Below, piece by piece: positions 50,617-62,419 of a stretch of DNA of 64,000 bases (the first letter of the stretch is position 1; every line of letters begins with the position of its first letter). The DNA is from Macrostomum lignano (taxonomy: Eukaryota). The stretch lies in the NCBI GenBank assembly GCA_002269645.1, contig NIVC01000606.1:186001-250000 (forward strand), written 5' to 3'. Under the pieces are notes generated by a model, which saw only the letters and a list, made by a program, of their open reading frames with translations, was not told the origin of the DNA and searched no databases. The position numbers were made by a program, and so were the translations under genes.

Positions 50617-52739
50617 CAGCATTAAAGGGATTAAAGAGTAATGTATTCAAGGTAAACGCAATGTCAAGATTACGTTTAGATTTACTTTTTGGAAAATCGT
50701 TTACTACGACTACGAGCAATATTTAAAATATTTCAAGACATTTTGATCAAAACGAAATCCATGATATATATAGGAGGACTTCAGTGTTCACTCACAAGTT
50801 GTCAGTACTTTTAAACTAAATTTAATCACGCAGCTTGACTGTAGCGTTGTGTGCTTTGCCTAGGTTTCACCGAGTCAATCTATTTTCTAATCTTTAATTA
50901 ATGTCAGAAATAGGTATGGTATAGACGATAATATCTAGTGAATCTGTGCTTTTTTACTCAGTAATATTTCTCTATCTAGAAGTGTAAATCTACGTCTCTA
51001 GTCTAATTTTTAACAAGGCCTAAGTCAAAGTTCTTAGTTCTTTCTAACTAACTATCAGCTAGTAATTATGATTATGAAATAATTTTGATGCAATAATAGT
51101 GACGACCTAGTAAAGTTAATTCTAAGCCTAACTACACCTAAAACCAAATTTAAAATTAAAGTAATGACAATGTAAATGAAAATGGAACAGTTTAGGCCTA
51201 ATAGGCCTACTTTTTTAATTTTTAATATGCCACTGGCATCATATTCTAGAATCTAGACCCAAATCTAATAGTATGTAGGCCTAACACATTAAATTATCTG
51301 CTTTTTATTAGCTAGTAGGCATATGACTATCTCCTTAGATATGTGATATGTGACTGTCTAGTCTAGAGTATATGTATTTTTTGAGTTAAAGTATGATTAG
51401 ACTACCTATATTCTATGGTATAGGCTAATTTGACCTAATTAATTGAATCAAATTTCCATTGTTGAATTTTTGCTAAAGTGCATAGGTTATAATAAGAAAA
51501 TATGATGTTAATATCTTTGAATCTAAAATTATACCATAGTAAGCTCATTGTAAATTTATTATAATATTGAGCCTTCTCTAATATGAAATGTTCTTTAGGT
51601 TGATGAAAAGGTTGGACAATATTGAATTTTCAATTTCAAAAAAGTATTTTTTTGACAATATGATATGAGATACAATTGAGATTTTGAGATACTTTATTCA
51701 GATAAAACAAAGCTAATTTAAAGAATTTAAAGAATTGAAAAAAATAGATTTCTTTTTACAAAATTTTCTATATTCAAAAACAACTTTAAACTTTGTGCAC
51801 TTTTGTTAAAAAATCATAACCTTTAATTTGTAAACAGCATGGACATTTTTGGGTGTATATTATTTTTCCAAACATGGCTAAATCCTTTAATGAGTTGTTT
51901 TTTGGCACTAATTTGATTCATATTAAATTCAATGTGTTTATATTAACTTCTAAGTAATCTATGCTATATTCAGAAGATTAATATTCAACCTAAGGCTCTT
52001 TATTTTACTTTATTTTATATCTTAGATTCTTGACATTTTTAAAAATCATGATTCAACTGAGATTCAATCAAGAAAAAAAGTCAAAATCTTAAATATTAAT
52101 TGCAAAATTGAGATCTTGTCTAACCTCCATCTTTATTTGTAGATTTATACTTTTATCAAAGCTAGGTAGGCCTAATATAGCAATGCAAAACCAATCTATT
52201 GTGCCGGGGGTTAGGCCTACCATTGTCTTATTACATAAAATCCTTAAAGCTATCTCATCAATATCATTAAGCTATGCTAGGCCTAAGGCTAATACTTCTC
52301 TATCATAATAAGTCCTAAAATCTATTATAAAAAGTGTCTTAAATCTATTTTTTTATATTGCACTTTAATTTCTATGATTGCACTTTGTAACTCTGGTCTT
52401 AGTATACTTTTGGTGCCATCTTAGTCAGTGATGGACTAAGTATAGATTTTTGCAAGTTTCCTAAACTGAATCCAAATGTACAAAAATTCCAAATCTGAAT
52501 ATCCAAATATGTTTCCAAATATAAGCAAAAGTAAAAAGTGAATGGAAGGAATAATTATGACACTTTTAAATAATAAAAATACCTTATTATCTAATTAATT
52601 ATCAACACAAGCAACTAGTTAATGAAAACAGTCTCTCATCCCAGTGAGCTTTGGGGTTGGAATATTATAATATAAGGTGCTGGCAAGTTGCAGTAATTGG
52701 CCATGGCCACCCTATTTTTTAAAAGTACCAATCCATATA

Positions 52740-53085
52740 TGCACAACCTTAGGAATCACCTGGCTGCGTCTATTGGCAACACACACATGTAAGTCGCTTT
52801 TGGCTGAGAATATACATGCGCAACCTTGGGAATCACTCGGCCATTTCTATTGGCAACATACATATTTAAGTCGCTATTGGCTGAGAGCAATCACGTGACT
52901 ATTATTCTGTTTAATAGTGACTTACATGTGTGTGTTGCCTATAGAAACAGCCGGGTGAATCCCTAGGTTGTACCCAAACATAGCTGAGAAGCAGTCACGT
53001 GACTATTATTTTGTCCAATAGCAACTTACATGTGTGTGTGTTGCTAATAGAAATGGCTGGGTGAATCCCTAGATTGCACCCAAGC
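52740..53085. repeat. Foldback structure: two forward and two reverse ~78-bp units around a CACGTG palindrome
   Basis: tctattggcaacacacacatgtaagtcgc pairs with gtgacttacatgtgtgtgttgcctataga. Confidence 0.8.
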
Positions 53086-53099
53086 ATGTACCAATCAAA

Positions 53100-55480
53100 C
53101 CTATCTTCTGGCCATAGGCTGGTTCATAGCCTTCACTGTTCAATAGAGCCATTTGGCCATGTCTTATAGGATGGCTACCACCTTTGATATGCTAAACTAC
53201 TCTTGGAGCTGTCTGTCTTAGATATGACCATACTTGCAAGCTCTATAGAAATCTCTAACATTGATCTAGCTTAAAAAAGGCAATCTTAAGCAAGAATTGC
53301 TCAATATAGTGCCAGATTTTCTTAACCCCTAAGCTGTTTATAGTAATTAGACTATGTACTACTATGTAATAGTCTTTAGGTTTTTGTTCGAGTGCTAAAG
53401 CCTTTGCCCTTTGGCAAGGTGCCTCTATAGAGTTAGCAGCTTTGTTGGTGCTTCCTTGCCAAGGTGTGATGTCATGGCTGTAGGCTGATTTACTTGGCTG
53501 ATATATTGGAGCTTAAGACTTCTAGGAGGGGCCTAATGGTAGTGCAGATGGCAGCATTGTGATCTATTGTGTCTTGGCTAATGTCAAGGTTGCTATAGAT
53601 CCCTTTATAACATATTATTGCATTGGTATAGCCACATACAAACCTTAGAGATTTAGATATTTAAGATTGCTTCTATTCTAGGCCTTCCACTTTTATCTGT
53701 CAGCATAGCAATGAGGTTGGAATGGCCTCTTATTGGTGCTAGGCATCTTCAGCATTGTAGGGTAGCAGGGTAGAGCCTCATTCTTATTTATGCCTTATTG
53801 AACCTCAGGTTTGCCAAGTAGTTCTTGAAAAATGTCTATGGAATTGTCATATTAGGCTATTAGCAATCTTATAGCAGTCTTATTATAAAGAATCGATGTA
53901 ATATAAGATCTCCAAAGCTTGCAAGGGCTTGCATTTATAGCCTGGTTGACTAAAAATTGGACTATATCATTGTGTTCCTCCTTGCACCTTAGGTGGGGTA
54001 TACCAGAATTGACAGATTTTCTATTTATGTTTATAACTTTTTTTAGATATTTTAATGAGCAATATGTCTAATTAAGGATAAAATTTTGTAGATTATTATG
54101 ATATTTGCAGATTCACTTTTTGTGCATGTCAGTTTTTATAAGCAGATAACTATTACTAACATGAAATTTTTATAGATTGCTTATTTGCTTGCATGTCTTT
54201 TGACTAGTGGCCTGACTTTGACATGGCACCTAGTGGCCTATAATGTTTTGTCTTGCACAGTATTCAAGAAATTATGAAACAATTGCTTTTCTACTCCCAG
54301 TGATCTTAGTCTAGATAGTGTATCTGCCTTAGGTATCTCCATAGATTGATAGCATTTGATTAAATACTTGTATTTGGCTCAATACTGAATTCTAGTGTTC
54401 ACCAAGATATATTTTAATGACATGATGATTAGTGAGCAAGGTAAACTTCTCAGAAAACAAGTATTTACCCAGCTTTTTGACAGCCCAAACAATGGCCAAG
54501 GCTTTGTGCTCAATTTGTATAGTTTCTTTCCACTTTGCTTGGGATTTTCAAAATATAAAGAACACAACCATTAGACTGCTCTAGCATGGCACCTAGACCA
54601 AATGGTGAAGTGTCTGTTTTCAGCTTGATGTTTTATCATGAGGGTTGAACAGCTTGATGATATCCACATTCAGAATCCTTCATTTAATTGCACTAAATGC
54701 TGCACTTTTTTGAGACCCCAGTGCCATTTTTCATTCTATTGCACAAAGTAAGCAAGGGGTTCCTTTATGGTGAAAAGGTTGCAGACCAGGCCCAAAGAGG
54801 CCATAGTTCCTTCATAGATTTAGGCTCTTCAATTCCTCTGATTGCTTCCATTTTGTCTAGTGATGATATCTTGCCTTCACCACTGATGCTTAAGCCCATA
54901 CATGCGCGACCTCCAAAATTCGGTCGGCCGTGCGACTTAGTTTTAACAAAAATGCGACGTAGTTGTTGGCCAAAAATGCGACTTACATGTAAAAAACCGC
55001 AAATAACGCAACTTTGGGTAAACGGCAGGAGTAACTATGACTGTCTTATAAAGCCAAAATGCCTTGTCAGCTACTTAGTACCACTACTTCGTGTTTTTCG
55101 CGTGGGCATTTTTGCGACTTCCATGGTTGGCCGCCAAATCGGTCGGCCGGATCGGCCGACTCGGCCGACTGTTGCGCATGTATGCTTAAGCCTAGATACT
55201 TGACTGCCATTTATTCTAGTTATTTGAAACAGTATTTGTCTTTAGAATCCATGTAATAAATTTCAGTTGTTCATTGTGTTCTGATTATATTCTACTGAGC
55301 ACAAGAATGTTATCCTGATATAATTAACAATCAGTTTTTCTTGTTCACTAAAAGCCAGTCCATGTATCCTTGAAAGATAGCAGGTGCTTGCTTGACTCTA
55401 AAAAAGGCCAATGTCTGTGGTTGATATAGGCCAAAAGGTGTACTAAAAGTTAGTATCTAACTTTGTAAAGACCCTTAAGT
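53100..55480 (-). mobile_element. Old CpG-depleted Gypsy pol relic
   Basis: Frameshifted minus-strand motifs TPFGLYQ, APAIFQ, KYLG-SISGEG, KTDTSPFGLGAML and ALAIVWAVKK. The lower (integrase-side) boundary is approximate. Confidence 0.82.
54897..55184. mobile_element. 288-bp hAT MITE inserted into the Gypsy relic
   Basis: TIRs CATACATGCGC / GCGCATGTATG; perfect 8-bp TSD CTTAAGCC at 54889-54896 and 55185-55192. Confidence 0.9.
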
Positions 55481-55484
55481 AAAT

Positions 55485-55727
55485 TTAGCTGTCACCCCAG
55501 AAGATGCATAGAGTGGACACATTGCTGCTATCACTGATGACAATAGATAGCTTTGAAACAACACTGCTAGTCTTGGTCTTTATGTCTTTACTTTCCTCCT
55601 TTGAAACAACAATTCCGATTATGTCAACAAATCCATAAAATGTTAAATTGGCCAATTTATAAAAAAAACTTTGCAACATAGTTTTCATGAGAATGAAATT
55701 GTGTCTTTTTAAGGTTAGTTTAGTCAT
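55485..55727 (-). pseudogene. RPA1 (RPA70)-like OB-fold fragment
   Basis: VDIIGIV...KLSIVISDSS...LCIFWGD resembles the RPA70 DBD-B pattern VDIIG...LMDTSG...TLWGE. Confidence 0.55.
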
Positions 55728-56147
55728 ATGCTTCTTTTTTCAAAAAGCACTTTTAACAGTTGAGGGCGCTTTCAAAAATTGTTCCTTTCTGTTTGAACTT
55801 GCAAACTATTTCTTTATATATATTTTTACAAACTTTAAAAAATATGTTCAAATTCTTGCAAAGAAACAAACTTATAAAATTTAGTTGCTAAATCTATTTT
55901 AAGTATTTAAAATAAAAATTAGAAGACACTTAGATTTTTTCTAGATTATTAGTCAGGAGGTCAGGAGTCATTTCCCCCTTCTCATTAAAAAATCTGTCCT
56001 ATGGTGCTAAAATAGAACTGGGATATTTTTTTCTGTTGAATTCTGCCTTCTTGAAATAGTAATAATTTTCTGTTACACAATTCACAGCCTCTATAAAAAT
56101 CTACTTTACTGCTTTCAGTTGGATAAAACTGTTTCGACAGAGAAGCA

Positions 56148-58279
56148 ATGGAGGTAGACGAGCTTGGAAGCGGCGGTGGTAGTAGCGGCGACCCCGAGAA
56201 CCAGTTGGTTAACATGTTCAGTAGCATGGCTACAGAGGACAAGGACAATCTAGTCAAGGCGCTGCAGGCCATTGTGGGCACCAGCGTCAGTCCGGCCAAT
56301 TGCCAATTCTTTCTGGAGCTGGCCAACTGGAACCTCAGTGGCGCCATTGGGGCTTATTACGATTTCGACTTCTCACAGCAGCAGCAGCAGCCGCAGCAGC
56401 AGCTTCTTCGGCAAGATCTTGTCGCAACTGACACGTCTGGTCCTCGGTTGGCCATTCTATCCTGCGAGGCTGTCGTCTGCGAGGACAGCAGCCTGGCCGT
56501 GTCGTGCACTGTCTACAACGAATCAACAAACGATTGCCCGCCAGGCTGTCGGTTGGTGTGCTGCCCGGAGTCCGCCGACGCTAGTGGAGGTGCCTACTTG
56601 TGCGAACCCTGCCAGCTACCCATTATGCGGCCTGGCAGCAACTGCAGCTGCCGTTTTATCTTGCCGCCGTTATTGGCCGGGGCGCTGAACGATTTGGCCA
56701 ATCCTGGCAGGCGGGTTCGGCTGCGCTTAGTTGCGCCCGACGGTCTGCCGCTGACCCTGCCGGCCTCTACTCGATGTTTAGATTTAGTCGATCTGGCAAT
56801 GAGAGGGCGCGGCGGCGCTGAATCTGGCGCCTGCGCCGATGCAGCCAGCCGATCTGGCGCCGATTCGCCTGTTGCTGTGGTAAGTATGAAATCTGTACGA
56901 ACACCGGCTGTGACTTACTTTTTGGCCAAAAATGCAACTTACCTATGAGAGAAACCTAAGCAAAATTTAATGTAATTTTTGGGTAAACGGCAGAAGTAAC
57001 TATGACTTTATTATTAAGGCTAAATTCCTCGTCATCTAATTGGTACTACGTCTTTTTTGGGTTGGCATTTTTGCCACTTACCTTGGCTGGGCCCTGACTG
57101 TGCCAGGTATTGCGCATGTATGTGTCTGCATAATGCGTAGATTACATTTAGCTAATGTTGGCTTAGCTAATTTTGCACATTTTTCGATCGCTAAAATCAC
57201 TTAATTACTTCTAAAAAATAATCCTTTATAATTCGTGTCTAGTTAGGCCTGAATATTAATACAGGTGAGACCATCCGTAGGGTTCTGATTGAGAGATTCA
57301 AAAAGTTTCTAGCATGTCAACTTACCCAATTGTACTACTAATAATCTGATGAGAGAGTAGGCATAGGCTAGCATATTCAACGGTTCTCAAGCAATAAATC
57401 AAGAATGAACAAATCTCAATGTCTAAATTTCAGCTAAAAATTACATTTATTCCCGGCTTTTAACGTTAGAATCGCAGTGCCATTTGGCATCCTAGATTCA
57501 AACCCAGGATGCCAGCTGAGCATCAGTATAAGAACACATACTAGAATAACTAGATGGGCCACTTAGCACATTTACGTGTAAGCTACTTTCAGTTCAGTAG
57601 TAAGTTAAACAAAGTATTTTAATTTATTTTTAAACTCAAGGCTCTTTTGGCTCTTACCCCAGCTTAAACCCTCCAACCAGCGCCTTTCCGCATTATCCCC
57701 GCGTACCACAATTTTTATTGCCTTTCTCGAAATTCCAGCCTAAAGCTGCCATGTACATTTCAGTGGACTGGCCAATGTACATTACTGCTGAACCAATTAG
57801 CAAGCTGTTTACGCCTGCAAGCTTGGGCTTCTAAACTTATCAGAGTCATTTCAGCTGCCTTTATTTTTATAAAATAGCTTATGTATTCTTCTTTGCTACT
57901 GAACTGAAAGTAGAAAGCTGTTTTTAAATATATATGCCTGAGATTGGCCCATCTAGTTATTCTAGTATCTGTTGTTAAGAATTTCAATATAAAAAATATT
58001 AATGTCTGTACCCTACCCTGATAGCTTCAGAAGTTAGCTCAGCAGTCTCAGTGTTTTCAGACTACTCAAAGTTGACAATTAATGGAAATCTCGGATCCGA
58101 ATTCAGAATGCCAAAAGTACGGTTGATGTGTCAGGCACGCACGCTATGACAGAAAACCTTGTTCCTTGGCATAAATAAACAATAAGTGATTATTAAATGA
58201 ACTTTAAATTATTTACCCTTGTATATTTCAGAATCCACCGCCGTCTCCGTCCCACGCTGATGAGAACATGATGGATTAG
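56148..58279 (+). CDS. ILRUN: ILRUN/C6orf106-like protein (UBA-like plus divergent NBR1-like domain), 259 aa
   Basis: join(56148..56879, 58232..58279), phase-0 intron GTG|GTAAGT...TTTCAG|AAT. Motifs TEDKDNLV and CQFFLELANWNLSGAIGAYYDF. Confidence 0.85.
56905..57122. mobile_element. Truncated copy of the 288-bp hAT MITE in the ILRUN intron
   Basis: Shares ttggccaaaaatgc-acttac and gggtaaacggcag-agtaactatgac; ends gcgcatgtatg. Confidence 0.75.
57533..57973. mobile_element. Third full copy of the 450-bp MITE, in the ILRUN intron
   Basis: Both TIRs present; colinear with 10280-10730. Confidence 0.85.
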
Positions 58280-59423
58280 CCTAAATTTGTCTGCAATGAA
58301 AAATTGATACAAGTTTAAAATGTTTATTTATCGTGAAAAAAGCATTTTAGACTAGACTACTTATCGTTATATGTTTTGTGTAGACTTTTGACTAAGACAG
58401 GACATTGCTTATCTTGATTGATATTTCCTTTTGATGTTGTACAGTTTGTGCTTTCAAATCGATGAATCAATGGTAGGTACTTGCACTTGAATTTAAATTT
58501 TTTATGGAAGTTGACTTATTTTAATTTACTGCTATATTAGGAAAGTAATAAGGTGCAAGAATATGTAAACCCAGAAGTAAGCTTTTGCTATATTCAGATT
58601 TGCGTACCGTTCCTTTTTTGTCGCAGTTCCTCCTTTTCTTCACCCTTTGACTTTAATGAGTTTTGCTACTTGCAGCATCAACGTGAGCTCTATTTAATCT
58701 GTTACATATTTACACCCAGAACACCAAAACAGCAGCAGCCCATTATTTGCAGTGTTACACTTTCCGCACTCTGTTATTATTAGCCCCATTCACCTTCAGA
58801 TATAACTCCATCACAATAGCTTTAGTTAGATTTTGCCAATTCTCTTCATCAGATCCAATGCTAATACCAAAATATATATTCACAATTTGCCATTTTTTGT
58901 GAAGCTGATTCAACAGCTTATACTGACTGCTAGAGTTTCATTCATTTATTATGAGTATTTTTATTTAGCAGAATGAAAACTTTAGATACTGCGTTAACCA
59001 TCCTATTACTGGATAACTAAAAACTAGAAGTAAAATGAGCTCCCAAAGAATTTGATTTGAAAAATTCTGAAAATTTTTTTGATTTAGATCTCGACCAAAG
59101 TTAGAATCCCAATGCCGCCCGATCCCAAAAAAGTTTGATCCCATCTTACCTCTAAAAACAAATCGATTCTTGCCCCTACGATATTTGATCCCTATCTAAA
59201 CCTGTCGTCGTGATAACAGCTTATGACCTTGTTATGAAACAAAATAAAACAATAAATGCAATGAAATAAATCAAAGTAATATTTTATTTTCTTGTCGACT
59301 AAAGTTACAACTAAACTAAAACTAAGCTGAACAAACTAAACAAGCTAAACTAAACTAGTTGCTCCTTTCCAATCTGTTTTGATTTTTGTAATCTTCGATT
59401 GCTTGTACAAATTGCATGCTCCA

Positions 59424-62419
59424 ATGATCGGTACTGGGTCCAGATCTTCACAAGAAATACCGGAAACTGTTGGGTAAGCCTTATGTGTATATAACTCAGA
59501 TTTATGTCATATTAACATTCATTTAATAATTTTTATTAAATAAAAATATGGAAATGCCTTTTTCAGAAATGAGTATGAACCATTCCGCCTGTACTTCACC
59601 GGATTTCCGTACACATTTAACGAGGTGAGTTTTATCTTCATTATCTTTTTTCTTTATTAGTAGAGGATAAACACTTTCAAGAAAAAAATATCTACGATTT
59701 TAAATTATCTCTGTTTTAGGACAATATACGATGCCTTTTCGAACAGTTCGGACAGTTATCTGACGTTCGCATCGTCAGGCCTCCGAATGGCACTTGTATT
59801 GCTTTCCTTACACTCGGTAGAAAATCGTCCGCTCTGAAGGCCATTGAGGCTTTGAATGATAAAATGTTTGGCCATCAAAAGCTAAAATTATGCAAAGCGC
59901 GACCGGAAACGAAGCGTGAACACCAATTTCAATCCAGCAGTTCCAATACGCTATCGTGGCGACCGAATGTCGTCTCTGAAATTGGTAATACGACTAGCAC
60001 AGAACAACAGGACGCAGTTGAGCAGAGCGTGGAGACAGACAGAGTCCCGGTAGTTAAAGAGACTCAATCGATAGAAGAAAAGTGTTCAACCGAAGCAATC
60101 GAACAAAGCCACGATCATGAGAAGCCGCGTGAACATTCGCAAATTGTTCAGGACTTCATATCAAATGATAAATTTGAACGGAAACGTAGTGACCGTCAGG
60201 GTAGTTCTCGCACAATTATTAACCGGAGTAATTCAGAGCCCGAAATCGAAATGGGACTTTCCTGTAGCGATGTCGTTGATGTTGAGGTGACCGAATTCGA
60301 GTCCGCTACCCACTTCTGGGTCAAATGGCAATATCAGCCGGATTCAATGTTTGATTTAAGTGAGGCTATGCGTGAATGGTATGTTCATCCTGGCTCAGTG
60401 GTGACTGAAGTAACGCTTAATAGACCGTACCTTGCTTTGATTGACAACGGCATTACTCGAGTGCAAGTAATCGACAAGGCTGATGAAGAAAATTACTACC
60501 GAGTGCTGTGCGTGGATCTTGGATACGAAAGCGAGGTTGATCGGTCTTGCCTGCGCACTCTGCTAAAATGTCACTCAACACTGCCTGCCAATGCTGCGCT
60601 GGTTTCGTTTCGGGGCATCACGGCGCAGGACTTGCAGCTCACGACTGTCAATGAACAAATTGGCCGTCTTTTGGAGAACAATCATTACACTATGAAGATT
60701 CAGAAGTGCACCTCTACTTCCATCAATAGCCATTTTGGCTTCAAAATTACACCAATTGTCATTGTGGAGTCGAGTTTGCAAAACCTTGGTAACGAGAAAT
60801 TTGTGTCTGACAGTTCTTATACAACATGCCAACTAGACAAATCAACATTAAGCGCACCTGTTCAGGTAGGTGTTATTCAGACAGTTGAAAATTGCGACTA
60901 TAACCACAAGTCTGACAGCAAGCTGGCAACACAAGGTGCAGCTCTAAACAACCATGCCGAATCTGAATCGCGAGACCAGTCTCCATTGCAGACCGTCGTT
61001 GGATTCACCGAACCTCCGCCTTCACAGACAGCCTCACTCAATAACTCAGATGTCTGTGAGTCAGGGCAACTAAATCATGAAAACTGCATTGAGTTTGACA
61101 ACTCTCAATCGACTACTGACTTGCTTTCTCAGGATATGACATCCTCGACAACAAAACTCAAGTTTCCTACCACTTTAAGTGGAAAATCTGTCACCACTGT
61201 CAACGACAAATCGGCAGCTCCGGCTTTAAGCCAAAGTAAATTTGAGTCCCATATCGAGCAGCCAGCAGCCAGTGTTGCCTTAAATTCGGCTCCGCAACCT
61301 AATGAAACTCTTGATTTTGATAGCCGTGAATCTATAAATCAAGCTTGTTCTGACAAGCATTTGCGAAGCAACTCCTTTTCACCAGAGATTGTGCTTAACA
61401 ATATGTCTATTACAGTAGACAGATCAAGCCAAAAGCGGTATGTTCAATTACAATGCATGACCTTTAAGCTAACTCGTGAAACTTTCCGTGATAGTACAGA
61501 ACTTCTAAACAGCTCTGAAAGAGATGAAAGCAGCAGATGCAACAAGTTGACAAGATCTGTGCGCCCCGGGATCGGACTATGGCAAACTCGATTTCAACGG
61601 AAAGTCCAACCTACCTCAGATGGCAAAGTTGACCGCAATATCACTTCAGCAGCACCTGCTCCTAAAAGCGCATCTACTTCCCCTCTAACATTTAACTTGC
61701 TAGATTCAATCGATGAGCTTGCGGTGTCTCAGAAAAGCTTGACTGCTTGTAATCCTGTGATTACTGAGGCAGATAATCTAGTGGACAGCTCAAACCAACG
61801 CGTGAACAGCACTCAAGCAGAGCGAATTGAGTCCGATGTAAAGCGGTCACTTCCTGAGCAATTTCTGCCGGTAGGTTCGCCTATTCGAGTAGCGATTGTT
61901 CAGCAAGATGGCAAAAACTTTAAAAGTGACTTCTTTGTCGTAGTGCTACTCTACAGCGAAGAATTCGCTAAGGCAGCAGAGACTGTTGCAAAGTTCAACT
62001 CACTGGATCGAGAATTTATTGAATCAGTTTTGTGTCGTGTCCATGTACCTCGTGTTGGTGATTTTTATCTTGTTGAACATAGCCCAACATCCAAGTTTCA
62101 TCGAGCGCAGCTTATCAGTTTGGATCCTAAGAACAGTGACTGTCAGGTACTCTTTGTTGATTTCGGTGTTACACTGTCAGTAAGCTCCGATTCTTTATTT
62201 GCTATTCCAAATCAGCTAGCTAGTATTCCGCCACAGGCCTTCGCTTGTTGCCTTCTTGAACCGATGTCCGAGTCAGTTGAGAAGAAGGTTGCTGCTGAAC
62301 TCAAAACCAATAATCCGTGTTACGCTGTTTTCACATCCAGTTATAAGCCCGGAGGCGTCATTCGGATTGTCCAGAAGATTATTACACCTCATTTAGATAG
62401 CGATATTTCTGCTATCTAA
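59424..62419 (+). CDS. RRM plus two extended Tudor domain protein (TDRD-like), ~935 aa
   Basis: join(59424..59473, 59567..59624, 59720..62419); all junction phases agree. RNP2 LYFTGF and RNP1-like IAFLTL; Tudor motifs HFWV...RVLCVDLG and FHRAQL...VLFVDFG...LASIPPQAFAC. Confidence 0.87.

Noticed and set aside
53100-55480. RIP-like mutation
   Set aside because: CpA and TpG are abundant rather than depleted.
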